Assembly (NCBI GenBank): GCA_963663405.2
Contig: CAXXSM010000151.1
Span: 1 to 54,543, forward strand
Direction: 5' to 3'
DNA: 54,543 nt
Source of the DNA: a bacterium
GTDB lineage: Bacteria > Hinthialibacterota > Hinthialibacteria > Hinthialibacterales > Hinthialibacteraceae
Shown here: positions 1-12,728 of the stretch, piece after piece
How the letters are laid out: each line of letters starts with the position of its first letter
Numbering within the stretch: the stretch's first letter is position 1
The notes under the pieces: model-generated
What the model saw: the letters and a program-made list of their open reading frames with translations, nothing else
Databases searched by the model: none
Told to the model about the DNA's origin: nothing
Program-made: the position numbers and the translations under genes

Positions 1-2367
1 TGCGTTTTGTCCGGTTCGGCTTCTTCATCTACGCGAGGCAGATAGATTTTAAACACTGTGCCTTTACCGACTTCACTGTAGAAGAAAATATCTCCACCGC
101 TCTGTTTGACGATGCCATAGACCGTCGATAAGCCCAATCCCGTTCCTTTCCCTTTTTGTTTGGTGGTGAAAAAGGGTTCAAAAATATGTTTTTTGGTGTC
201 GTCATCCATTCCACAACCGGTATCGCTGATGGAGAGGGAGACATATGGGCCGGTTTCCAGCTCGATAAATTTATATGGATCTACGTGTTCCAACAGTATA
301 TTGGAGGTTTCAATCGTCAGTTTCCCGCCTTGGGGCATAGCGTCGCGGGCGTTGACCGCGAGGTTCATGATAATTTGTTCGATTTGTCCGGGATCGGCGA
401 TGACGGTTCCCAGATTGGGATCCGTTAAAGTCACGAGTTCGATGGTTTCACCAATCAATCTTGAAAGCATCTTTTCCATATCGAGAAGCACTTGGTTGAG
501 ATTAAGCTTGCGCGGCTGCATAGCCTGCCGGCGGCTGAAGGCCAAGAGTTGGCGGGTGAGAGAGGCCGCCCGCTTGCCGGCGGTATGAATCTCCATAATT
601 TTAGGTCTGAGAGGATCTTCGATGTGCAGATCGCTCAGGGGCCATCGCGCTATAACCGAGAATACAAGTCAGCAGGTTGTTGAAGTCATGCGCGACGCTT
701 CCCGCCAAAACTCCGATGGTTTCCATCTTTTGAGCTTGGAGCAATTGCTCTTCAAGTTCTTTTTTTTCGGTGATATCGATGACCAGAGAGAGAATATATT
801 GTTCTCCCCGTAATTCGATGATTCGAGAATAGACCAGACCCGTGGTGATTTTCCCTTGTTTATTTCGTTTTTTGATTTCATAACCAGAAACAAATCCATC
901 ACGATATATCATTTCCTTTATGCGAGCGTAGTCTTCAAAATCCATAAAGAGATCGAGATCGGTGGGTTTTTTACCGATCAATTCTTCCCGAGAATAGCCG
1001 GAATTGTTAATGTACGTATCGTTCACATCTACAATCACACCATCGCTTCTACGGTTGATCGCAATAGAAAAAGGGCTGGCTTGGAAAATGGCGCGCAGGT
1101 ATTCTTCACTCTCCCGCAGGGCGATTTCCGCCTGTTTACGTTCGGTGATATCTCTCCAAACAACATGGAGAATTTTCTTCTCTCCCATAGGAATGGCCGT
1201 AAGGATCACTTCCACAGGAAAGACTTCGCCATCCGCCCGTTTGTGAACCCACTCAAACCGGTGGCTGCCTTTCTCGAAAGCCAGGGCGATAATCTCATTG
1301 GCTTTCTCGTATGATGAACGGCCGCAGGGTTGCTTTTCAGGCGAGAGATCGGAAGGGTGTGTATTTAATATTTGATTACGATTCTCATAGCGGAGCAGAT
1401 TTACCGCTGCATCGTTACAATCAACAAACAGACCGTTATTGATTACCATCACAGCGTCGGCGGTCCGTTCGAAGAGCATTTTGTACTTTTCATCGCTTTC
1501 CCGTTGGGCCTTTTCGGCCTGTTTGCGCGTTCGGTAATATCCCTGGCGATGCCCAGCGTTCCAAGGAAACAGGCCGTTTCAGATTTTTTGGCGCCGTAGA
1601 TCCCTTCGGCGTCAATACTTAAAATCCGATCGGATTCGACGCCGAAATCATTACATCTCAAAGACAGCGATTTTCTGGTCTCGTGTCAACAAGCGGGCTT
1701 CAAGAGAGCGGGTGCGGCGGAGGCCGGTACGGCGTTCATTAATCCGAAACCGGACTTTCTCACGGTCATCGGGATGGATTAGTTCGAAAACACTCATCCC
1801 GATCAATTCCTTCACCGTATATCCATAAGCGGTCACCGCTTGGTTGACGAAAGTAATATTCCCTACCGGATCGAGACGGTAAATGATATCCGGAAGGGAT
1901 TGAAGGATTTTTTCCGATTGGGTGAGGGCGGCCTGTGTATGTTCGAGTTGGAATGTCTTGTTCCATTCCTTTAGGATTCGTTCAATGACGTATGGTAACG
2001 CGGCCGCAGATCTTTCTGTTTTGAGAAAGAAATCCTGGGCTCCAGTTGTCAGGGCTTCTTCGATTCGCGTTTCTTCCCCCTGGTTTATCAGCGCAACAAC
2101 GGGAAAACCAGAGTCTTGAAGAGAAAGGCCTTCAAGCGCGCCGCCATCCAGAAGCCGCCAATCGAGCAAGAGTAAATGGGGCGCCGTCCGTTGGAGGTGG
2201 GCGCGAGCGTCATCGAGAGAAAGGGCTGTAGTCAAGATATATTGGGCGCCAAGTGGTTCGAAAGTCCGGCGCGTTTGTCTGATGAAATCTTGATCCTCAT
2301 CAACCAATAGAATGTGAATGGGGCTATCCATGATGTGATTTTGGGCCCTTTCCAAAACGAAATTCAA
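1..2367 (-). CDS. Hybrid sensor histidine kinase REC-PAS-PAS-PAS-HisKA-HATPase, split by frameshifts and running off the window start
   Basis: ORF 1651-2367 has a REC domain (LLLLDW) and a PAS domain. ORF 601-1479 has two PAS domains and the H-box QKMETIGVLAGSVAHDFNNLL. Downstream frames carry IFEPFF and GLGLSTVYGIVKQ HATPase motifs. Confidence 0.85.
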
Positions 2368-2513
2368 TGAATCGGCCTCTTTGGCTATAGAACGCTATGT
2401 ATTCCTTATACCAGCTCATGGAAAAATCGATTTGTACGAGATCAATCGACACGCTTTACTACGCTATTATATTGAATCAGTTCCTCCTATCAGGAAAGTG
2501 ATTCAATCAAGCG

Positions 2514-4118
2514 CTAGAGGAAATCTCCTCTGGTATATTCTGTTTTTCCTATCCAGCTGGACGTTGATCGGGCGGGCAGGTGGATCGTGAAGGCGGTTCC
2601 TTTTCCGAGGGCGCTTTCAAAACTAATCCAACCGTTATGCTGTTTCATGATTCCGTAGGCGCTCGCCAATCCCAATCCCGTGCCTTTTTCCAGGTTCTTT
2701 CGTCGTAAAGAATGGTTCAAAAATATGGCGTTGTGTTTCCGCGTCCATCCCGGTTCCATTATCAGACACACGGATGAAAACAAACGGAGTTTTTTCGCCT
2801 TGTCTTTGCGGATTGTTCTCTAGAACACCGGTCTCGATTTGTATTCTGTACTCGCTAGTGGATTTTCCAGAAGCGGCGTCTTCTTCCATTTGATCCTCAA
2901 TCGCGTCACGCGCGTTGAGGCATAGATTCATCAGAACCGACTGAATTTGATCCGCGTCGGCTCGAATTCCGGGAAGGGGATCCACTGGATGTATACTGAT
3001 TCCGATGCGCCGATCGATGATACTTTGACATTGATGAAATGTTTTTTCCACCATCCAATTGATATTGAGAGGTTTCAGTTCCGGCGGTGATTTTCCGGTT
3101 GAAATTAAAAAGTTCCTGAACGAGTTTTGCGGCGCGGTTGGCGGCGTCTGAGGCGGCGTTTAATTGATCCAGGATTGTATCGGAGGCGTTCATTTTGATG
3201 AGAGTGAGATTGCCGATAATGGCCGTCAAGAGATTATTGAAATCATGCGCCACTCCTCCTGCGAGTTGCATGACGGTCTCTATCTTTTGGACCTGTTGAA
3301 GACGCTGCAATTCGTTCATCTCCTTCTCCGCCTGTTTGCGTTCGGTGATGTCGTTGCCGACACAAAGAATTTCGGTAAACACGCCATTCCGGTCGAAGAG
3401 CGCTTTATTGGTCCAGACAACCCAGACACGTTCTCCATTGCGCCGTATGTTTTCGTTTTCATTCGCGACGTATTCATCGGGATTGTTTACAATATCCAGC
3501 CACATTTCACTCAAATCACGGCCCGTTGAATCTTGGAAAGGGAGAATTGTTCCCACCACGTTGCGCCCGAGTAATTCCTCTTTAGTATAACCAAAAAATG
3601 AAGACGCGAATTCATTTAAAAACAGAAAATTCCCTTGCCGGTCCAATCGTAGAACGATGCTGTTAACGCTTTCAACGATGGTCCGGTATTTCTCCAGTCT
3701 GTGCCCCTGGTCGTCCTGTCGTCTGCATTCGTTTGCGTTCGATAGAACATCGAATAGAACGGGCAAGAAAATGAGGGTCGATTTGCCCTTTGACTAGATA
3801 ATCCTGCGCGCCCAGTCGAAGCGCTTCCAACGCCAACTCGTTATCATCCAATCCGGTTAAAACGATGATCGGGATTCGGGAATACAGCTGATGGATTTGC
3901 AGAAGTGTATCCAATCCATGACTGTCGGGCAGCGAGAGATCCAATAAGATAACGTCACAGCGGTTTTTCCCAAGATAGAGAAGCGTTTCCTTCAACGTTT
4001 CCTGGTGCGAGAGTACAAATTTCTCTGTTTTTGACTCCAACAAATACTCCTGGAGAAGGCGGACGTCCCTGGGATTGTCATCCACCAGCAGAATATCTAT
4101 TGGTTTTCGTGACATCAT
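2514..4118 (-). CDS. REC-PAS-HisKA-HATPase hybrid kinase, frameshifted into 4 pieces
   Basis: 3672-4118 REC (ILLVDD..LLDLSLPD..LTG..DYLVK); 2906-3766 PAS plus AGGVAHDFNNLL; 2635-3054 NLCLNARDA, DNGTGMD, IFEPFFTTK; 2514-2783 GTGLGLASAYGI. Confidence 0.85.
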
Positions 4119-6109
4119 ATCCCTCTTTTAAATCCATAGCCGGATCAACCGGTAATGTGAAATAAAACGTGGAACCGGCGTCTTTTTTAGATTCGACCCA
4201 AATCCTGCCATCGTGTCGTTCGACGATTTTTTTGCAGATGGCAAGACCGATTCCTGTGCCGGAATTGGCGTCCTTGTTGTGAAGGCGTTGGAAGATGACA
4301 AAGATCCGCTCCATGAATTCGGGCTTAATACCAATCCCATTGTCGGCGACGGAAAAAATCCATTCGTTCTCTTGCTTGACGGCCGAGATATGAATCCGAG
4401 GGGGATCATTTCCATGAAATTTAATCGCATTTGAGAGAAGGTTTTGAAAGAGTTTTTCCAGCTGGGTATCATCTCCCAGAACTTGGGGAAGAGAATCACG
4501 CGTCACGATTGCGCCGGTTTCTTCCAAGCGGAGGCTCAAGTTGGTTAACGCGGTGGTTAAAACACGATCGCAATCCGTGGTTTTGAAGGGTTTGCCTTTT
4601 GTCCCGACGTGGGAATATTCAAGCAAATCATCGATCAAAGTTTTCATCCGTGTGGCTCCGGTCACCGCGAACTGGATGAATTCATCGGCGTCATCATCCA
4701 ATTTCCCTTCATAACGCCGGGCGAGAAGTTGAACATAATTCGAGACCATGCGCAAAGGTTCCTGCAGATCGTGCGAGGCGACGTATGCGAATTGCTGGAG
4801 TTCTTGATTCGAGCGAGCCAGTTCTTTCGCATGTTGTTTCAGTTGTTCTTCCGCGCGTTTTCGGTCGGCGGCCATCCGGTTGGCTGAATCGGCAAGTGTT
4901 TTAAACTCTTGAAATCGCAGATCGCTTCGTGGAATGGGTTCGAAACTGGTGGAAGCCATTTTGAAAAACGCGGTGAATGCGGCGAATTCCTTGCGGAGTG
5001 AACGAGAAAAGAAGTCCGCAAGACAAAAAGCGGCGCCCACCGCGATCAGCAAGAGCAGTATTTTACCAAACACATTTCTTTGGAGGCGCTGGATCCGCTC
5101 GGTTCGGCGTTTCGCGATCACATCAGCGATCGAGTCAGCGTAAACACCGGCGCCTATGATCCAGTTCCAGTCCTTGACGCCTCGAACAAACGAGATTTTT
5201 TGAGATGGGATTTGCCGTGAGGGCCGTAGCCAAACGTATTCGACAAAACTACCCTCCAAATTTTGACAGGCGCGCAGCATTTCCTGGTGTATATTAACGC
5301 CGTTGGGATCGATTCGATCCAAAACAGATTGGCCAATCAGATTCTGTTGTGCGCTGTTCACCAGCATTATTCCGTCCTGAGTCGCGGCAAATACATACCC
5401 ATCGTCTCCAAAGCGGATACGACCAATCTCATTCAGCAGGGAATTCTGCAGTTCCCGTTCATCGACTTCCAGATTGCACTCCGCTCCAATCACCCATCCG
5501 GGGGGATCAAACCGCTTCACAAACGTGAGCCGCCGGCTGGCTCTCTCCTCCTCGTTTTGTCCATTAAATTCCGATTCGTAAAATCCTTCCCCGGTCTTGC
5601 TTGTAAGGCGGATGACGTCCTGTTTTGACAATCCATACTGGGGCCAATCGCTATCCATTTCTCCACTCGAACCGGTTGCCGATTTCACCTCCGGCGCGCG
5701 GATTAAAAAAAAACGGATTCTCACCTCCTGGTTCAAAGAATGAAGCGTACTCAATACTCGCGTGTTGAATTGGGTTCCGTCAGAGGACCTCCAGGCGCGT
5801 CGCGCGCCATTGAGAAAGGAGTGTGATCACATCATTCACTCTCCGTTTGATTTCTTCTTTCAAGCGCTGTTTGAGCAATCGTTTTTCTATTTCCACCAGA
5901 GAGAACACTTTATTCACTTCATCCCGTACTACGTTGCGCTGACTATTGATATAGCGCTGTTCCATCTCTTGCGTTTCCCGTTCAAAGAGGCGGTATTCAC
6001 TCACAATGGATTGGATGGCTTCATACAACAACAAAATAAAAATAGCGCCGATCAAGCTGAGAAAGTAAATACGGACAATGCTATGATCCTTCAAGGTGGC
6101 TTGTTTCAT
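4078..6109 (-). CDS. Membrane Cache-domain sensor histidine kinase (frameshift near 5770)
   Basis: The N-terminal TM is in ORF 5780-6109. ORF 4078-5754 has a Cache-like region (GYVFA..EGSFVEYVW..KISFVR..WNWIIGAGVY), a second TM, FAYVASHDLQEPLR, NLLSNAIKF, DNGIGI and GTGIGLAICKKIVERH. Confidence 0.88.
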
Positions 6110-7054
6110 TCCTTTACCCTTAGGCCCAGACGCCGGAGACGTCTCCTTCCCGATAAGACTGAAAATCGATAAAAAGGAAAATTCATTCCCATATTACACA
6201 CGAAAACTAAAACAATATAATTAAAGAATATTGGTTAATACTTGTATATTATATTATGAGATTCATTGAATGGGAGTTTTCCTCTTTACGTAAAGAGTGA
6301 AACGGCGGGAAAAAGATCCTGTAGAACAATAGTTATAAATATGATATGGCAAGTCACAAATACCTATATCTTATTGGTATATATGGTTCATCCACCAAGT
6401 GAGCGCATTCGTAAATCACGAACCCACGATATCCTTATTATTTGGAATACTAACAACCACTAGCCTTTCTATCCCGCAGGTATATGTTCGAACAGCCCCA
6501 AATTTCTATCCTGGAGATTTAATTGATTCTACATTCACGTGAAAGGGAAAGGATCGTTTACGACAAGCGCTCAATACCCTGATGAACCATGAAATAGACG
6601 AAAGAACCATGTGCATTTAAATCATAAAATAGATACAATGGTAGAAACAATGTTTAAAGAAGAAGTTTTTCAATGATAAATACATATGATATTTGAAAAA
6701 GAGTACATGCAATGATAAATAAAGAAAATGGGAAATCGTGGAAACAGATTTCAGTTGATATTGAAAATCATTCTGATGTACAACGAAAGGAATATATGGA
6801 AACGGCTCCATCATCTGATATTGCATTGGCGGTCTGCCATCTGAGTCATAAAAATCGGACTCAATTAAAATTTCCACTTTCTCCGGGAGACGCTGCGCCC
6901 ATATTCCAATATACTGGAAACCAATACGCGCCGGGGTACATCCATAAATTGCGAGTGTATCAATCTCTCGTTTCCGTTTTTTCACTGTTTTGAGTATTCC
7001 CAATAACGCCGCGCGCTGGATTCAATGCCAGCTGAGAAAAGAGAAAATTGATCA

Positions 7055-7834
7055 ATGATTGATTCTTTTTTTGAAATCACCATAGGAGATTGCTCCGTCG
7101 TCACTGCTGCGATTCATAACGGCCATCGCATTCGGAAAGAAACCGCTGGGTGGATGGCCATCAGTGAAGAAGAACGTTTGCGTGAAGAAGATCCCTATAC
7201 TGGAGATTGGACGCTGATCGCAGAGAACCGGATCCTTTGTCATCAATCGCGATTTGATTTCGACCTTAACCGTCCGCGGGAAAAAGCGGTCTACATCAAA
7301 CCGGAAGACGCCTGGGGATTAAACGTATGGAAGCAGAGACCGTCAGCGGAACTCATTGAGCGTTCGTTGGAATATTACGACAAATTTTACGACAGCGTTT
7401 TCCGTATGTTGCAGTCTTTGGAAAACCGCTATCAACGATTTGTTGTCCTGGACCTGCATTCCTACAATCACCGGCGCAGCGCTCCGGACGCGCCTCCCGC
7501 CGATCCGGCGCTGAATCCGGAAGTCAATGTTGGAACCGGGGCGATGAATCGGAAACTGTGGGCTCCTTTAGCAGACCGATTCATGAAGGATCTTCGCTCG
7601 TTCGATTTTATGGGTCGAAATCTGGATGTGCGAGAGAATATTAAATTCAAAGGAGGTTATTTTTCCCGGTGGGTTCATGAAAATTTTCCGGAATCGGGTT
7701 GCGCGCTGGCCATCGAATTCAAAAAATTTTTTATGGATGAATGGACGGGTGAAAGAGATTGGAAACAGACACAGACCATCAAGGATGCGCTTCAATCAAC
7801 AATACCCGGCCTGCTAACCGTATTGAACCAATAA
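7055..7834 (+). CDS. N-formylglutamate amidohydrolase family protein
   Basis: Motifs AIHNGH, REEDPYT, SRFDFDLNR, LDLHSYNH, FKGG and AIEFKK. Confidence 0.88.
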   Translation: MIDSFFEITIGDCSVVTAAIHNGHRIRKETAGWMAISEEERLREEDPYTGDWTLIAENRILCHQSRFDFDLNRPREKAVYIKPEDAWGLNVWKQRPSAELIERSLEYYDKFYDSVFRMLQSLENRYQRFVVLDLHSYNHRRSAPDAPPADPALNPEVNVGTGAMNRKLWAPLADRFMKDLRSFDFMGRNLDVRENIKFKGGYFSRWVHENFPESGCALAIEFKKFFMDEWTGERDWKQTQTIKDALQSTIPGLLTVLNQ

Positions 7835-7846
7835 TACTAGACCATC

Positions 7847-9743
7847 ATGAAAACAAAAGAAATAAACAATATGATTACGGACAAGTTGATCCGTATAATC
7901 TGTAACCGGTTGGCGCAGGATAAACGAGTGCGCAGGACATTGCCGGTTTGGGGACGCCTTCACATCGACCGTCAATTGCCTTTTCTGTGTGTGTACCGGC
8001 GACCGGTGGACCAGGAGGATCCAGGTACGGAACGGTTCGTCATAAGTGAAGCGTCCTATTTAATGACAACCAATCAGCGCAATCTCCACAAATCCCTTTG
8101 CTCATTAATTCGCGGTATTTCAACGGAACTTGTCAAGGTTTTTGGGTCATTTCTCATCGTTGAAATTTCGAGCATGGAAGAGTCAAGTATCCAGGAATCC
8201 ACCCAATCCATCTTGACTTATCCGAGTTTTACCATTTTCGCTCAAGGAAGCGGTCATCTCTTTTCAACGATTGCGAGTTTGGAAAAAGCGTTGAATAAGA
8301 TCGAAATCAATAAACAACGGGCGAATACCGATGTCGTTCAGTTAAAACGAATGGCCCTCCCTGGGCGGATTCCCTTAATGACCAAGAAGGAAGCCGATCA
8401 GTTAGGGGTACATTATATAGGCATAGAAATCGCCCCCATCTACAGAGACCCGGAGAGTCTTCAACTCTTTCCGTTAGTGCTAAACCGTCTTCAACGCCGG
8501 TTCAATACCGCGCTCAAGCATTGTTTGTTTGAATTCCTCCCGTTCACAGACCTCCCATTTTCCACCCCATTATCACGCTATGGGACGCCGGGCTATGGTT
8601 AAAGCCGTGTGGGAAGTGGACAATCAATTGGCTGAAGTGAGTAAATCGTTTGATTTACTACTCTCCGTCACCCCAGTCAATACAGAAGCCGCGTGGGTGG
8701 ACTTTTAAACGAAGCCGTTTCCAACGCGCGCCTCAATTTCTGTATCGTCTGCGAACGATCGAACCGGCGTTGTTGAAACGCATGCTTTTTAAAATCCCTC
8801 TGGAACGCATAGAAGATCCCATTGTGGCGAGGACTGTTTCAAGAAAAGCAGGAAAGAATTAGACAGCAAAATCACATTACTATCCGACCGGGAAAATGCG
8901 CGATTCTCTTCATGGCAGCATTCGTTTATTCGGTGGGACCGATCCTGAAACCATTGGGATTGCGAAGGAATTGTTACACTCACTCCCCTCGCGCACGCGT
9001 GAAAATTTCGAATAAAGGCGTTGTTAACGCTGACGAATTGGCGCAATTAGCCAGGAAAGAAATCGGTTATTATCAATCGCAATCCTCCGATTTTACGGCC
9101 AGCGTTGAAGTGCGCGAAGATGTCGTCGGTCTGTTGGTGTCCCAGAGCAAATTGTTGATCAGCCAATCGACGAAGATTCCCGCTGTCCGTGTAAACGCCC
9201 TTCTCCATCACGAAATCGGCACTCACTCTAGTCACTTTTTTTAACGGCCGCGCGCAACCGTTCAAGCAACTCTATATCGGGCTGGCAGGTTATGATGAAC
9301 TGCAAGAAGGACTAGCGGTATTAGCCGAATATATCTGCGGGGGTTTAAGCCGTTCCCGGCTACGGTTACTTGCCGCGCGCGTTCATGCTGTCCATTGTCT
9401 AATCGAAGGGGCTTCGTTTATCGATGTGTTCCGAGAACTCGATCGACAACTTGATTTTGATCAGAAAACCGCGTTTAATATCACCATGCGCGTGTTTCGA
9501 GGTGGAGGACTCACCAAAGACGCCATTTATTTACGAGGTTTGATCCGCTTGTTGCGTTATTTACAAAAGAATGAATCTATCGATACACTTTTTCTTGGCA
9601 AATTCAACCTTCCACATATCCCGATTATCAAAGAACTTCAATGGCGTCAGGTTCTTCGGCCTATGCCACTTATGCCACGCTTTTTGAATTCAACCTTTAC
9701 CGCAAAAAATTCAATCACTACATACGATCTCATCAATCTTTGA
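7847..9743 (+). CDS. QEGLA-motif (DUF1704/MATCAP-like) zincin metallopeptidase, multiply frameshifted
   Basis: LHIDRQLPFLCVYR N-terminal region; HEIGTH at ~9209-9226; QEGLA at 9303-9317 in an unlisted frame; RVFRGGGLTKDAIYLRG. Confidence 0.85.
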
Positions 9744-9767
9744 ATTAATTCGAAAAAGGAGAACGAA

Positions 9768-10814
9768 ATGAGAATCGGTTTCGTTGTCAATCAAATTAAA
9801 ACGGAAGAACCGGGATATACCACAATCCGTCTGGCAATGGCCGCCCTGAATTTGGGGCATGAAATCTGGTTGATGGGGGCGGGAGATTTCGCGTACGACG
9901 TTGATGAAAGAATCCATGCGCGGGCCCGGTCGGTTTCGAAATCAAAATATAAATTATCCGAATCCTTTCTCAAGGACCTGCAAAGCAAGAAAGCGAAACA
10001 AGAACGAATTACGGTTGATGATTTGGATGTATTGATGCTGCGAAGCGATCCCTCCGTCGACGCGGTTCAGCGCGCTTGGGCGCAGGCGTCCGGCATCATT
10101 TTCGGCCGGGTGGCCATGCGTCACGGTGTCATCGTGCTCAACGATCCTAATGGTTTGTCAAAAGCCATGAATAAAATGTATTTTCAGTTGTTCCCGGAAG
10201 AAGTGCGTCCTCGAACTCTGATCACACGGGATCGTGATGAGATTAAGAATTTCGCCAAAAACGAAGGGGGAAATATTGTTTTAAAACCCTTACAAGGATC
10301 GGGTGGACAAAGCGTATTTCTGGTCAGGCCCAGTGACCTGCCCAACTTGAATCAAATGATTGATTCCGTAAGCCGGGATGGCTATATCATCGCGCAGGAG
10401 TATCTTCCAGCGGCGGCGGAAGGAGACACGCGTTTATTTCTGATGAACGGACACCCTTTCCGTTATCGAGGGAAATACGCCGCCTTCCGGCGTCTGCGAT
10501 CGGGTGAAGATATGCGCAGCAACATTCATGCGGGGGGGAAATTACAAGAGGCGCAAATCAGTGATTCGCATTTCAAAATCGCTGAAATTGTCCGCCCCAA
10601 ATTGGTCCAGGATGGGATGTTTTTAGTCGGTTTGGATATCGTTGGGGATAAGTTAATGGAAATCAACGTTTTCAGTCCCGGCGGCCTTGGCAGCGCGCAA
10701 AAATTTGAGAAAGTAAATTTTGCGCATGGTGTGATTCACGCGCTGGAACAGAAAGTTGAATACATGACTTATTACAAAAGAAATTTCGACAATGTGGATC
10801 TGGCGACTCTCTAA
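9768..10814 (+). CDS. gshB: Glutathione synthetase-like ATP-grasp ligase
   Basis: LMLRSDP, VLNDP, KPLQGSGG, QEYLP, EGDTR, RSNIHAGG, GLDIVGDKLMEINVFSPGG. RBS AGGAG upstream. Confidence 0.8.
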   Translation: MRIGFVVNQIKTEEPGYTTIRLAMAALNLGHEIWLMGAGDFAYDVDERIHARARSVSKSKYKLSESFLKDLQSKKAKQERITVDDLDVLMLRSDPSVDAVQRAWAQASGIIFGRVAMRHGVIVLNDPNGLSKAMNKMYFQLFPEEVRPRTLITRDRDEIKNFAKNEGGNIVLKPLQGSGGQSVFLVRPSDLPNLNQMIDSVSRDGYIIAQEYLPAAAEGDTRLFLMNGHPFRYRGKYAAFRRLRSGEDMRSNIHAGGKLQEAQISDSHFKIAEIVRPKLVQDGMFLVGLDIVGDKLMEINVFSPGGLGSAQKFEKVNFAHGVIHALEQKVEYMTYYKRNFDNVDLATL

Positions 10815-10843
10815 AATGGGACAGATATTTTCTATGTCCCATT
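10815..10843. terminator. Hairpin between convergent genes (possible terminator)
   Basis: AATGGGACA...TGTCCCATT 9-bp inverted repeat directly after the ATP-grasp stop codon; no strong U-tract. Confidence 0.45.
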
Positions 10844-10942
10844 GCTGGCAATCAGCAGGATTTTGTAAATGAAAACAACCATTCCCGCTTAATCCAACTA
10901 TTCAGTTGATGGAAAGAAAAACGGAATCAAGTAGAATCAAGC

Positions 10943-12577
10943 CTATTTCCCGCTGTTTTCGGTAATAAGCCGTGGTTTCTCCTTCGATTGCAATAAGCGA
11001 TCACGATAGACTTGTTGGGCGATTTCCGCAATATCGCGAGTGATTTTTTTATTGACATAGCCACCGACGGCGGCTCCAACAAAAGGAAGGAGCTGCGCGG
11101 CTTTGCGGCTGCCCATTCGGAGCCCGATTTTTTCAGCGATTTTGGTGAATCCCTGAACGAATAGACGCTGTTGCATTTTACCAAGTGGCGTCTTCCCGGA
11201 GAGGATTCCCGCCACGGATCGCATTTCTTTAACAAGAGTTTGCCGGTCTTTGCGAGCAGGATGCTGGTACGCTTCAGCGAGGAGTTTTGCGGTAAAGAGT
11301 TTTTCTTCCGGTTTAGCCATGTCAAAGCCATAGCAGTATCCGATTTGTTGGATCGTACGCAGTTGCAACGCCAGGAGAGAGGGGAGATCGGCCGCCAGCA
11401 AGAGGACACCTCCGACACCGGTCGCCGCGCCTTCCGCTGCGCTGAGCCATTCTCCCTTTGTGATATACCGGTTAGCGATCCGATCAATTTGCTCAATGGG
11501 GATGTTTTGAATATCAACCAAGCGATTGATCTCCATACCTTGTTTACGGAAGCTATGCAGAACTTTGTCCACGTTGACGGCTTTTTCCCAAAGGGTCAGT
11601 GTGCCTTCTAAAAACGCTGAAAATGTTTTACCGATGGCTGAATACATTTTTTCCCGCCGTTTTGATTTAGGAGGTTCCTCTTCCTCATTCATTTCCGTCT
11701 TCTCATCCATTGTGTCATCCGGTTCATCGATAATCTCCGGTTCGAAGGGGGGAGGCGTTTTAGATTCACTTTGATTCGATCGTTGATCCGCCTCGGCGGA
11801 TTCACTTTGATCGTCTTGTTCTTCCGCGCCGCTGATTCCCGCCTGCATTTCCCTCTCCAGAGCCTGTGGATCGACGCGGACCGCCGAGGAGGAGCGATAA
11901 ACCCGGATCGCCTCCTCACCAACGATCCGATAGAGAGAGGTAAGCAGTTTCCGGCCCACCATTTCCGACGCGCCCCGGTATAATACGCGGCCAATCCAAT
12001 ACTGGGGATTGAAGAAGTTCATGGCCTGCCACGCGCGTGACGCAAACCATCCTCCGCTTTTCACGCCTTTGTGATCCGTGACCTTTTTCGCCCGATCGAA
12101 GATGTTTTTCGCGTCAAGAATGGTAGAAACGGAGACTTCGTTCATCATATTTACGGTAGAAAGGAGTGTGCTGATCTTGTTGGAGACGCGTTCATTCAAC
12201 CGGAGGAGTTCGAGCACTGTCACCTCGAAGATGGGCTGTTTTGAAGAGGGATAGTAGGCGCTGGCGATCGCTTCGATCAATTCGTTGCAGTTGCGCCAAA
12301 TGGAATCCAAGTTGAGCCAATCCACCGGTTGAAAGGAGAGCCAGATCTTCTGGACTTTCTCGTCCAGTGTTGTTTGCGCGTTTTGATCCGCTTCAGTTTG
12401 ATGCAGGAGGATGCGTTTGTTTCGTTCCTCCGGGGATTGTTTCAAACCGCGCGAGAGAAGCCAAAACACCTTCAGCGTCGTCCAACAACGGCGCCCCAGA
12501 TCAAATAGGCCATACAACGCCAAAACAGCAATAACGGCGTACAGCGTCCAAGGCAATCCAATTAGATATTCCTTCAT
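10943..12577 (-). CDS. Membrane-anchored protein with a C-terminal EcsC-family domain
   Basis: N-terminal TM and an acidic linker, then EGAATGVGG..ADLPSLLALQLRTIQQIG.CYG.D..LPFVGAAVGG.VN, typical of EcsC. Confidence 0.7.
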   Translation of the reverse strand: MKEYLIGLPWTLYAVIAVLALYGLFDLGRRCWTTLKVFWLLSRGLKQSPEERNKRILLHQTEADQNAQTTLDEKVQKIWLSFQPVDWLNLDSIWRNCNELIEAIASAYYPSSKQPIFEVTVLELLRLNERVSNKISTLLSTVNMMNEVSVSTILDAKNIFDRAKKVTDHKGVKSGGWFASRAWQAMNFFNPQYWIGRVLYRGASEMVGRKLLTSLYRIVGEEAIRVYRSSSAVRVDPQALEREMQAGISGAEEQDDQSESAEADQRSNQSESKTPPPFEPEIIDEPDDTMDEKTEMNEEEEPPKSKRREKMYSAIGKTFSAFLEGTLTLWEKAVNVDKVLHSFRKQGMEINRLVDIQNIPIEQIDRIANRYITKGEWLSAAEGAATGVGGVLLLAADLPSLLALQLRTIQQIGYCYGFDMAKPEEKLFTAKLLAEAYQHPARKDRQTLVKEMRSVAGILSGKTPLGKMQQRLFVQGFTKIAEKIGLRMGSRKAAQLLPFVGAAVGGYVNKKITRDIAEIAQQVYRDRLLQSKEKPRLITENSGK

Positions 12578-12728
12578 TTGAAACCTCCGGTGTTCCCTTC
12601 AAAATTGTATCTCTCCACGCGGCGATCGCTCAGAGCTCTTGCGCCTGTTGGGGATTGGGGGTAGTAGCTATGTTAATAGTTAAAAGAACCGTATTCTCAC
12701 CCAATGAGTACGAATAGGAGCGAGGATT

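Noticed and set aside
6579-6605. Hammerhead-like CTGATGA...GAAA
   Set aside because: The intervening bases do not form stem II, and no stems I/III were found.
6180-7050. Short ORFs (6266-6463, 6617-7003, 6712-6993) in the AT-rich spacer
   Set aside because: No recognisable motifs or convincing RBS; probably a divergent promoter region.
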